Shown here: positions 11,701 to 20,489 of the stretch, one piece after another
How the letters are laid out: every line of letters begins with the position of its first letter
How positions within the stretch are numbered: the first letter of the stretch is position 1
Assembly (NCBI RefSeq): GCF_031769215.1
Contig: NW_026782030.1
Location: 1 to 64,000, forward strand
From: Ylistrum balloti
Taxonomy: Eukaryota
DNA length: 64,000 bases
Reading direction: 5' to 3'
The notes under the pieces: generated by a model
Seen by the model: only the letters and a program-made list of their open reading frames with translations
Told to the model about the DNA's origin: nothing
The model's database searches: none
Position numbers and translations under genes: made by a program

Positions 11701-12639
11701 CATCCGTTTTTTACTTCGATCCTTTCCATATATCTGAGAAAATCTCTTTATTTTAAATTTCAGATTATCCCACCACACTGAAGGTTCATCGATAAACAAT
11801 GAACATTTCCGTTCCTCAGAAATTAAATTTCTTATTTTAACATTATAATCTTCTTCAAGTAAAAACCAATTGTTCAAAATCCATATACCAGGGCCTCTTT
11901 CCTCAATACAAGTATCCAATTTCATTGTAACTAAAGAATGATCACTAAACGTTGTATCATTATAATAGATATTCTGCACATAGGTACTTAAATGTCTGGA
12001 AACCAAGAAGTAGTCGATTCTACTCTGTGACAAATTTCCATTACGTACCTGTTTACGGGAAAAAGCCGAACAATTTCTATTTCTACTGCGCCACAAATCA
12101 GAAACATTGCAAGTAAACATAAGGCTTTTTAATGAAGCCAGACTTGGGGTTGTATGATGTGCAGTAAATCCAGTCCTATCAAAACTGGAGAATGTGGAGT
12201 TAAAATCCCCACCAAAAATAATTTTATCTGCATCATCCGACAACCACTTTTTCAAATTATCAAAAAATATTTTTCTCTCACCATCAACATTTGGTGCATA
12301 AACATTAACTAAATCCCACTCTAAATTCTCAATGGATATTTTCAAACGTAAAACTCTCCCGTCATAACCCTCATACTGGATAACATTATTTTTCCATTTA
12401 TTAGAAATAAGGAACGCAACTCCCTTTCTGTGGTTAGTACTGTTATCATAAATAATTTTACCATTCCATAAATGTTTTATTTGATTTACAAAATCATCAT
12501 CCCAAAAGGTCTCTTGCAGGAAAGCAATATCACAAAAATTACTATTTACCAGTGCAAAAACACTTTTAACTTTATCCACATCTCTGAGGCCATTCACATT
12601 AAATGATACAAAACTAAGCATAATAATAGCAAAAAACAT
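8731..12639 (-). CDS. Tx1 ORF2, 1302 aa: APE endonuclease + reverse transcriptase + C-terminal CCHC motif
   Basis: APE motifs SFNVNG, LQET, NVYAPN, GGDFN, SRIDYFLVS, SDH. RT motifs KSPGLDGLTVEFY, WRPISLLNVDYKILA, DQEKAFDRV, VRQGCPIS, QHADD. C-terminal CLLC-x7-HLFVEC. No stops or frameshifts. Confidence 0.97.
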   Translation of the reverse strand: MFFAIIMLSFVSFNVNGLRDVDKVKSVFALVNSNFCDIAFLQETFWDDDFVNQIKHLWNGKIIYDNSTNHRKGVAFLISNKWKNNVIQYEGYDGRVLRLKISIENLEWDLVNVYAPNVDGERKIFFDNLKKWLSDDADKIIFGGDFNSTFSSFDRTGFTAHHTTPSLASLKSLMFTCNVSDLWRSRNRNCSAFSRKQVRNGNLSQSRIDYFLVSRHLSTYVQNIYYNDTTFSDHSLVTMKLDTCIEERGPGIWILNNWFLLEEDYNVKIRNLISEERKCSLFIDEPSVWWDNLKFKIKRFSQIYGKDRSKKRMSEHYKIQNKLQEFSCDIANGKPFDCTKYEELRQSLEKFEKERCNGAVLRSKCKWAVDGDKNTSYFLKLEKYRQNCNSIKCLRDVDGKILTTGDEMSNEIFNFYNDLYNCIETNDDDIDNLLSFIDKTISVEDRDKCDSAITVDEIQKALSTMSKCKSPGLDGLTVEFYCNFFDELKYVFPRVVESIWAEKELTRTMRRCVINLVYKKRGDKSLLKNWRPISLLNVDYKILARVMSDRLKSVLPSIISEFQSCCVIGRDISDTIFSVRDIIDLTNQEELEGYILKIDQEKAFDRVSHPYLFKLLKKFGFGENFVDWIKIFYTKISSSVKYNGNLTNFISIGNSVRQGCPISAMLYVLAAEPLGNMFLKSPDISGIKVPHNEFESKVYQHADDTTLTLGNKETFKHVFNLLEVYSKGSGAKINKDKSEMLCIGKGNITMDELEKLRIKLCDKVICVLGVFVGIDIHMCNEKNWDSKVVSIKNILRMWSQRQLTIQGRATVISSLLMSRCWYCLTSQTIPLSVISNIKKLSIDFLWHGRSHLVAYDTIIGKRKEGGLNVPDIELKLRSFRLKFLFRWLDTSCTAVWKNMCSYFFNKILGLNLDAEVIYCKFPDKYLRTVPIVYREMLKAWYAFQAVNKVCFNMDTFFIYEQPLFFNSNIMDNEKPVFIECFARAGIVKVKHLTLEVVSKFLSSSTVAKVVKEANLDISNDILLSHYDTIMKSIPVNYKDVILTNVHTNRRTEPGLCVTYKDGNGTTIQLRPKTTRDIYACFIRYCFKCPKSSGYWSEIFQNVCLPRVFSIMYLQFLPCDIIDVHFRIVHNTIFTMEKLKKIGKVDSDTCLLCNSEKETLQHLFVECSDLAEFLAYIDKLSKKLFSDADQTYLSDVYLGKLILLGYTSKVKQTNPFFINFLLGTVRFSILRRRNLVVNGMSKLNLKGFFKYTFRKYFDYIKHYYQMKKQCSLFKKYIVADNKLLKEVDFSLSNVNLASYVLSI

Positions 12640-13935
12640 TCAAGTGCTTTTAAGTTTTTTAGTTTTCTTTTTCCTTTGAGGTTTGTGGACCTTTCCAGAA
12701 TCAACACGTGACTTTAAAAATTCCCGCGAACGCAAAATGGAATCAGTCACTAGAGCACCCTCTACCTCGTCCTCCTCACTTACATCAGAACCCTTGCTAT
12801 CTGGCCACATCGACCCAGAAATAGGTACAGGAGTACATGAGCCATCAAAATCTATGATGTCACCAAAGCAAACATCCCCATTAGGGGCGAGATTACCATC
12901 TGCCATATCTGTGTCCTTCTCTAACTTTTCAGGTACAGTAATGTTGGGATTAACCTGCGAGACCGTGACAACCTCTGAAACCGTGTTATTACTTTCAATA
13001 TGCTCAACCGGAACATTCACCTGTATACACTCTGCATTAACTTCCTCATCTCCATCCAAATCCTGTAATTTCTCACTGACGACATTTATCTGTGTGTTAT
13101 CGCTACCTGTGTAATCACCGCAGTCAAACATGTCACACTTGCACGAATCCAACGTTTCCTTGCATTTGTTACATTGTTCACGGCTACCAAAACAAATACA
13201 GTCATACCGATTACACCCCGTGCACAATCGTATGGCATTGTCCCGCCTCGGCGCGCGCGAACAATCACACTCAAACCTCACCTCACCACATCGGGTACAC
13301 GGCTCAGTCGTACATGCACGTTTGAAATGCCCCTGGGCATTGCATCGGAAGCACTTAAACTGTGGACACTGACGAAACAGGTGTTGGTCACTATAACACA
13401 GAGTGCAAACTTTCACCTGGTTGTCGTGTATAACACGAAAGTAATCATTCCCGAATTTGATACTGTAGGGTAACGATTTCAGAGATGGTGGAAACTTTAC
13501 CCTAACATATCTTGTACCATCCGCTATCTGAGTTCCTTTGTAAAATCGTCGCTTAATAGGCGAAACAATTTCAATGTCCAGACTTTCAAGCTTTTCAAGG
13601 ATATCGTCATCAGATATATATGCTGGTAGATATAAAAAGCTCACCATCAGAAACTTCTGTGTTAAATCATAACACTCGTATGTCCTACCTTCAATATCAA
13701 TTCCCTGCAATAACATGTTCGTCATTGCACGGCAATCGAGAGTGACCTCGTATAGGTTCCCAGATTTAGGGACACACGCCAAAACGGTTCCATCCCCACA
13801 CAACTGAGTAATGGTATCAATAACCTTGCCAGCCTTCACAACTTTATTATCCAAAATGTCAACACAAACAGTATTTTCTTTTAAATAGTGTCTTTTTTCA
13901 CTTTGTTTATTACGAGAGGCGTCCTGAGACGCCAT
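12640..13935 (-). CDS. Tx1 ORF1, ~431 aa gag-like nucleic-acid-binding protein
   Basis: The track start at 13989 is TTG; the first ATG is at 13935 (gagATGG, MASQD). Tx1-type VSFLYLPAYISD...GTRYV region, CCHC knuckles CTLCYSDQHLFRQC and CFRCNAQGHFKRAC, acidic linker, basic C-terminus. Confidence 0.92.
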   Translation of the reverse strand: MASQDASRNKQSEKRHYLKENTVCVDILDNKVVKAGKVIDTITQLCGDGTVLACVPKSGNLYEVTLDCRAMTNMLLQGIDIEGRTYECYDLTQKFLMVSFLYLPAYISDDDILEKLESLDIEIVSPIKRRFYKGTQIADGTRYVRVKFPPSLKSLPYSIKFGNDYFRVIHDNQVKVCTLCYSDQHLFRQCPQFKCFRCNAQGHFKRACTTEPCTRCGEVRFECDCSRAPRRDNAIRLCTGCNRYDCICFGSREQCNKCKETLDSCKCDMFDCGDYTGSDNTQINVVSEKLQDLDGDEEVNAECIQVNVPVEHIESNNTVSEVVTVSQVNPNITVPEKLEKDTDMADGNLAPNGDVCFGDIIDFDGSCTPVPISGSMWPDSKGSDVSEEDEVEGALVTDSILRSREFLKSRVDSGKVHKPQRKKKTKKLKST

Positions 13936-14355
13936 CTCGCCCCGGTAAACACCGGTAACAAAAATGTCAACAAAACTGACGAAATACAATCAATTGTCAC
14001 ATCATCAATATTTTGTTGTAAACACGAATATCCAATGATTATATAAGTCAGAAAAGTAGGGTTAAAAACCCCGTCTTACCACCGATGTTTGACGATTATA
14101 CAACAGGTAAACAAACGACGTCCATTGACCTTGAAATCATCACCGGAACCCAAAACATACCAAGTTCAATGACCATTACTTTGCATACAAGCTTTTGACT
14201 GTAAGGAATAATATGATGAGCTCATTGTTTCTTTTTTTTCGCTTGATGACAACTGACATTTCAATATCTGTCTTCACTACAAGTACACAGGAAAAAGCAA
14301 ACGATGACGGGCAATGCCAGTTTTTAGGCCATTTCAATGCGGGAAGAAAAATGTA

Positions 14356-14407
14356 TTCCCAAGCGGGGAATCGAACCCCGGCCGCCGCGGTGAGAGCGCG
14401 GAATCCT
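14356..14407 (-). pseudogene. tRNA-Glu 3' part (nt 21-72), interrupted by Tx1 element B
   Basis: Same junction as at 8501: gagcgcggaatcc followed by T10. Confidence 0.95.
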
Positions 14408-15166
14408 TTTTTTTTTCTTGTAAAAATAAAAATTTTATTATCCCAGCAATAGGGTCTCAAGGGTTGGGGCCCTTGAGATTCCTCACAGTGTAATCATTTC
14501 ATAATCATGTATTAAAAATAGATAAAAGGTAAAAAGAAAAATCACATGTTTCATAACAAAGTAACCATAACTATCACAGACGAAAGTTTTACAAATTAAC
14601 TGAGACACGATCGTCAATCACAGATACAATATTGTTATCACAAATAAAGTATTTTCGGAAAAGTGAAACATTGTTTTTCTTTCGATAGTGATTAAAAGCA
14701 TAGTTGATAAATTTTTTGACTGTAAACTTAAAGAATCGCAATATTGGAACACTACCTTCATTTAACATGACCATATTTCTTCTTTTGTAAATACAAAATC
14801 GTGCCACACTCAAAACAAAGTTTATGAAGTACGAGTTAACATTTTTTGAATTTCTGCCACAGCCTAAAAGAACTAGCCAATCATAATTGAGTACATTCAC
14901 AATTTCCGAAGGCACTCTAATAAACAAACTATCCAACATATCGGTTAAAAAGACGTTAAGGGTAGATAACTCTGGACATCCAATAAATAAATGAAAAAGA
15001 TTACCTGGTGGCTACTGGCATACCGGACATGTATTGAATCTGACATACCACACTTCATCAATTTCTTTTTCGTAAAAATAGCGTTATGTGCAACTTTAAA
15101 ATGGAGCTCGACACACTCAGCCGGATAATAAGGCACGTGTACCATTCTATAAATACTGTCGACCTC
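14408..15166 (-). mobile_element. 5'-truncated Tx1 element B (different family), decayed, 13-14 bp TSD
   Basis: Encodes only the ORF2 C-terminus (VHVPYYPAECVELHFKVAHNAIFT...CPVCQ*PPGNLFHLFIGC...FINFVLSVARFCIYKRRN) with one frameshift and one in-frame TAG. AATAAA plus poly(A). TSD gagcgcggaatcc(t) at 14394-14407 and 15167-15180. Confidence 0.93.
14455..14478 (-). promoter_or_regulatory. 3'UTR stem-loop of element B (9-bp stem, loop CCCCAA in RNA sense)
   Basis: tctcaaggg ttgggg cccttgaga is a perfect inverted repeat. Confidence 0.8.
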
Positions 15167-15200
15167 GAGCGCGGAATCCTAACCACTAGACCACTTGGGA
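15167..15200 (-). pseudogene. tRNA-Glu 5' part (nt 1-34, includes the TSD)
   Basis: gagcgcggaatcctaaccactagaccacttggga, followed by the normal upstream flank. Confidence 0.95.
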
Positions 15201-15805
15201 CATGTGTATTGAGATGACTTGACTGTTTGTGCTTGACGGTCTCGTAACAATTTGCAGCAGGAGCAAAGATAACGGTTCCTCTAACGTTACACATTGGAAC
15301 TGTGTACACTGTTACTCTTGTGGTGGCTAAGGCGGATGGTTCGTCATGTACGTATGGGATGTGGAACAACTATACATAAACGAATCAAGTGAATAGCACA
15401 GTTAACGGAGTTTTAACTAGAAGATTCCTTGAGTTAGACGTTGTCAGTCTGAATCCGAGTAGTGTTGATGTTATCGACCAATCTGTTTTCACAGGTTAGT
15501 TCTAGCTCGAAATTCACCTACACAGATATAGTGTTTTAAAAGTTCACGAACACATCACTCAGATGTTCTTGGAAAATTGATGGAGATCATCTATGAATAT
15601 CATTTAATGTTTTCGTAATCTGGGGAAGCAAAATATGAATTTAATTGAAAACGCCACACCGTCATTGATTGAAATAAACATAACTTAGTACTGAACTGGC
15701 GAATCTTATTCGAAATACATGGATAACTTCAACGCGAATTCAATTCCACAATGATATTATCATTAAAGTGAAAACGTTTAGCATGATTTGACAGCAACTT
15801 ATCAG

Positions 15806-15831
15806 GTCAGGAGGGTCGAGCGGTCTAAGGC
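15806..15831 (+). pseudogene. 26-nt 5' stub of tRNA-Leu
   Basis: gtcaggagggtcgagcggtctaaggc (one extra substitution), followed by a small deletion relative to other units. Confidence 0.85.
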
Positions 15832-16363
15832 AACTGTGTACACTGTTACTCTTGTGGTGGCTAAGACAGATGGTTCGTCATCTTTGTATGGGATGTGGAA
15901 CAATTATACATAACCGAATCAAGTGAATAGCACAGTTCACGGAGCCTTAAATAGAAAATTCTTTGAGTTAGATGTTTCCTTCTGAATCCGAGTAGTGTTG
16001 ATGTTATCCATCAATCTGTTGATCATGCTTAAACTTTTTCTCGAAATTCGTCTTCTCAGATACAGTACTTAAAGGTTCACGAACACATAACTTTGCTTTT
16101 CTTGGAAATTTTATGGAGATGATCTATGAATATTATTTTATATTTTCTTAATTTGATGAAACAATATTTTCTTAATTTGTTGAAACAAAATATGTATTTA
16201 ATTGGGAACAACGCACCGTCATTGATTGGAAACACTATAACAAAGCACAAAACTGGCGAGTCTTATACGAAATACATGGATAACTTTAACGTGAATTTAA
16301 TTGCACAACGATGTTATCCTTAACGGGCAGAGTTTCGAGTGCGATTTGATCCACATTTGTCAA

Positions 16364-16447
16364 GTCAGGATGGCCGAGCGGTCTAAGGCGCTGCGTTCAG
16401 GTCGCAGTCGGGTCTTCCCGGCGTGGGTTCGAATCCCACTTCTGACA
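16364..16447 (+). tRNA. tRNA-Leu-CAG: tRNA-Leu(CAG), intact
   Basis: Identical 84-nt copy followed by a T-tract. Confidence 0.97.
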
Positions 16448-17648
16448 TACAGTTTTTTCATCGTTAACATTCACCTCACTTAACATTACATCGTACCGGT
16501 AAAAAGGTTTTTTCTAATATATACCTCCACGGGACGGTTGCTTAACATACATTGTTATAGTTGATAATTAATTCAATAATTCTATAATCGTATCATTTCT
16601 TATCAGACTTGTAAGCAAATCGACTTTGAATTTCTAACATACAAAAATTTCTTGATAACAAAGAAACTAGATGTGTCGGTGCGACATAAAAACCCTTGCT
16701 GGCAACCAATGAAAATGTTCTTGTCATAAATTATTTGAATAGTTGTGCCCATACCTTTATCAAACTGTGTTGGTGATAAGTTGAATCAAGGCTCACATCT
16801 ACAGAATGAGCGTGATATGAAAGTTTTTTTTGTTTTTTTGTTTGTTTTTTTTTTTTTGTTTTTTTTTTTTGTTTTGTTTTTGCGTCGAAGTCAAACAACG
16901 TCATGAATAGGCCAGAGGACATTACAAGAGGCCGCAATACCACCAGCAGATTCTGCAAATGTTTGTGAAATAAAATAGGGAGTTTTGACAGTTGATAGTA
17001 AAGAATATGAAGTAGAACCGAAGTTGTGTCTGTTGAGTTTGTGGTCAAGAATCATAAGTGAAATTGGAGACATAACTTTAGATTCTATGGCAAATAATTC
17101 TAAATGAATTTTGCCGATTTCAGCTTACAGACACATTGGTAGAGATCGTGATATCAAATTTATACCCTGCTTGCATGATCTAGGGTTAATGATATGAAAA
17201 TATATATCAAATAAAAGTTATATACAACAGAGAAAACAATACCATAAGTTACTAATCTAGATCGTGATGGACACACAAATGACAGATATCTAAAACCAGA
17301 ATAATAAATTGTGAAATATTGTTGCTCGGTTGCCATCTTTCATAAACTTCCATTCTAGATCGATAAGGCTCTGATGTTTGCTTATTTCCTTATCTACAAA
17401 AATATACTGTTTCCGGGAAAATTTCCTAAAACGTACCAAGATCAATGACCATTATTTTTCACACAAGCTTCTGACTGTAGACGAATGATAGCATCAGCTA
17501 CATCTTATTTTATTTATTGATATTTTGTTTGTAGATAACTCACATTTCAATATTTGTCTTCCCTAAAATGTAGACAAGCACAAACAAAAAACGACGTGCA
17601 ATGCCAGCATGAGTTGATCGGCCGTTTGAATGCGGGAAGAAAAATGTA

Positions 17649-17720
17649 TTCCCAAGCGGGGAATCGAACCCCGGCCGCCGCGGTGAGAGCGCGGAATCCT
17701 AACCACTAGACCACTTGGGA
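17649..17720 (-). tRNA. tRNA-Glu-CTC: tRNA-Glu(CTC), intact
   Basis: Identical 72-nt copy. Confidence 0.97.
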
Positions 17721-18251
17721 CATGCATATTGAGACGACTTGACTGTTTGTGCTTGACATTGGAACTGTATACACTGTTACCCTTGTAGTGGCTAAGGCGG
17801 ATGGTTCGTCATCTATGTTTGGGATGTGGAACAATTATACATAACCGAATCATGAGAATATCACTGTTCACGGAGCGTTAAACAGAAAATTCTTTGAGTT
17901 AGACGTTGTCAGTCTGAATCCGAGTAGTGTTGATGTTATCCATCAATCTGTTAATCATACTTAAACTTTTCTCGAAATTCGCCTTCTCAGATACAGATCT
18001 TAAAAGCTCAAGAACACATGAACTCTGATTTTCTTTAAAGTTTTATGGAGATCATCTAAGAATATTATTTAACATTTTCTTAATTTGATGAAACAAAATA
18101 TGTATTTAATTGAGAACAAGGCACCGTCATTGATTGGAATAAGTATAACTAAGCACAAAACTGGCGAGTCTTATACGAAATACATGGATAACTTTAACGT
18201 GAATTTAATTGCACAATGATATTATTCTGAGCGGGCAGAGTTTTAAGTACG

Positions 18252-18899
18252 GAACTTCGCCCATCGTCTCTGTGGTTTTTGTGGAAACAGCTTTCCTCGT
18301 ATCAGTCTCATATTTGTAGTAGTGTGGCAAAATTATGGTTAATAAGTCCAAACTGTGAGCTGCTATGTGCCAAATGTAAAAGGAGGTCTTTGGACGCTCT
18401 AGCACATTGCTTACTTGATTGTAATCATCCAGATTTGGTTGCTTTTCGTGATGATTTTTTCACAAATATTGTTAACAATTTTCCCGTTGAACTGTACGTC
18501 ACACTAGATAATCTAGAAAGACAGGACTGTATTTGTATCATGTTAGGACACATACCTGACGATGTACGGGAACTACTCCCAGATGAAGAATATTGCACAA
18601 AGTTTGCATACGAGTGTTGTTGCTTTTCGGTTAAAGCTGTTGATTTCACTTTTCAGTGAATCTGTATATGTTCTTATTTGCATTCAAATGGAATACTTAT
18701 ATATATATATATATATTTGTATTATTGTCTCTAAATTATTTTCCCATTTCATATATTTTTCCATGGCTATTTTCGTCTAAGTACTATTCCTAATTGTCAT
18801 TAATATTGTATGTACCTTATATATTTGTATTAATTTTCTGATTCTTTGTCTTAAATTTGTAATGTACTCTTCATTTCTGGAGGAATAAAGTCAAAGAAG
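18252..18899 (+). mobile_element. 5'-truncated non-LTR retrotransposon 3' fragment (clade unresolved, RTE-X/CR1/L2-like)
   Basis: ORF 18279-18659 with C-x2-C-x8-H-x4-C (CAKCKRRSLDALAHCLLDC), AT-rich 3'UTR, AATAAA at 18884, short aag tail, 7-bp TSD aagtacg at 18245-18251 and 18900-18906. Confidence 0.8.
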
Positions 18900-18926
18900 A
18901 AGTACGATTTGACACTCATTTACCAA

Positions 18927-19010
18927 GTCATGATGGCCGAGCGGTCTAAGGCGCTGCGTTCAGGCTGCAGGCGGGTCTCCCCGGCGTAGGTTTGAATCCT
19001 ACTTGTGACA
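18927..19010 (+). tRNA. tRNA-Leu-CAG: Divergent tRNA-Leu(CAG), possibly pseudogenised (T-loop TTTGAAT)
   Basis: 84 nt with 9 substitutions versus the array copies. All stems still pair, but C56 is T. T5 tract follows. Confidence 0.8.
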
Positions 19011-19049
19011 TACAGATTTTTCATCGTTAACATTCACCTGACTAAACAC

Positions 19050-20004
19050 GGCTGTATCCCGATTTGCCCACTATAAATGTAAGTATAGTTATATTATTCA
19101 ATTACACAAACCATCGACCTCAAATACAAACAATTATAAGATGATCCCAGAAGTGGTGATGATAGTGCTGTTACCAGATAGTGAACACTGTTCCATGTAC
19201 ACACATAATCATTATGATAATGCTAGCTGATGATGAGCAGGTATCCCAAACCACAATGATTATTTACACCACGCACACCCCATACAGCGTGATGCAGGAG
19301 GAGCAACAAGACCACGTGCGAAGAGATATCGAAGCATCGACAACAGACTGGCCAAACATAAGGAGCGATTCCAGACTCAGAGGATCAACATCATGGAGTA
19401 CGCCGACGCAGCATCACATCTTCTACACCTGGGATGAATTCCTCAGTTTTATCATGTGCAATGTGCTGGACTGATAATAATGTGCAATGTGCTGGACTGT
19501 CACACATCCTTTAGAATACTATGTTTTATTTTATTTATATGTATGTAATGCCAAACTTTCTTCTTTTTGTATGTTTAATTGTATATTATATGTAAAAGAA
19601 ATGATAAACTTTCTGCTTTGCATGTTGAATTTTATTTATATGTATGTACTGTGTAAGAAATGATAAACTTTCTGCTTTTGCTATCTAATATAATGTGTAT
19701 AATAAAATAAATGAAATCAAATAAATTGTAATGAAAAGTGCTGTTCTGTAATGTGTACTGATTAACTTTCTGCTTTGCTATTATAATAAGATAAATGAAA
19801 CAAAGTAAAATAAAATGTAATGAAAGGTACTTAGTGTAGACTACAGGTATAATCTCAGGTATTAGCTCACACAGGTAAAAACACAGGTAAATGAACTCAG
19901 GTGAAATCTATAGTTAATCTAAAACTGACTATGAGTGGTTTTCTATTGTCTTCCTAAAACAACACCTTTCTTTGTTTAAAAAAGTGGGCAAATCGGGAAC
20001 ACCC
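19050..20004 (+). mobile_element. Internally deleted MULE/Mutator-like DNA transposon with TIRs
   Basis: Left tgtatcccgatttgcccact (19053-19072) is inverted to right agtgggcaaatcgggaaca (19983-20001). Frame 19279-19437 reads IQRDAGGATRPRAKRYRSIDNRLAKHKERFQTQRINIMEYADAASHLLHLG*, which resembles (from memory) animal MULE transposase C-termini. No TSD found. Confidence 0.6.
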
Positions 20005-20489
20005 CATCAAGAGTACTTGATAAAGATATCTTTTGTCTCCAAATAGCATGTTTTAACTGCCTCGGCTTTTTTCTAAGCTGATTCCAAAATGAAATGATTA
20101 TACTTGACTTGTGAATAAATGACGAGAAAATTCCCATGAGACGAATACGGATTTAGAGTTAGGAGTGCGGCCTCCACAATTCAACCTTCCCATCATTTCC
20201 CGTTTCTGTTACAGTTTAATATGTACTGTTATTTCATTCTCTTGTATGGAAATATTTACTAAAATGTTTGTCGGTATCAATATGAAAATATAAACTTTCA
20301 TAAAGGAAATCGTTGTTTACAACAGATGAAAGGACTATACCAATGACTAGAGGATTTACATCCTAGTCCATTCCTAACCTAATTTAACAAATATAACACA
20401 TACATTGACGTATTTTGTATTCCGATAGAGAACTGCAATAGGAAACTGAGGGCTGCAGTTTTGTTACACGAGACTGAAGAGTAACATAC

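Larger units (their letters stand above)
8502..14151 (-). mobile_element. Full-length Tx1-clade (L1 group) non-LTR retrotransposon, element A, inserted in tRNA-Glu
   Basis: Two intact ORFs, ~220-nt 3'UTR with ATTAAA and poly(A), ~215-nt putative 5'UTR. Array-like sequence resumes at 14152 (aaaacataccaag). The 5' boundary is approximate. Confidence 0.93.
1..19049. repeat. Tandem tRNA-gene array (Glu-CTC / Leu-CAG divergent pair), unit ~2.3-2.5 kb, continues off the left edge
   Basis: Glu gene left ends at 1106, 3616, 5942, 8450, 14356, 17649; Leu starts at 2368, 4882, 7208, 16364, 18927. Spacers align (position 1 acggttgcttaac recurs near 2528, 5046, 7372, 16533). Confidence 0.97.

Noticed and set aside
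9225-13473. Short ORFs overlapping or antisense to Tx1 ORF1/ORF2
   Set aside because: Shadow frames of the long real ORFs, with no independent features.
8246-14407. A ~250-bp target-site duplication around element A
   Set aside because: The two flank copies are different variants (alpha left, beta right), so they are not copies of one target.
19053-20001. Solo LTR (TG...CA termini)
   Set aside because: The ~17-bp inverted ends plus a transposase-like C-terminal remnant fit a TIR element better, and there is no 4-6 bp TSD.
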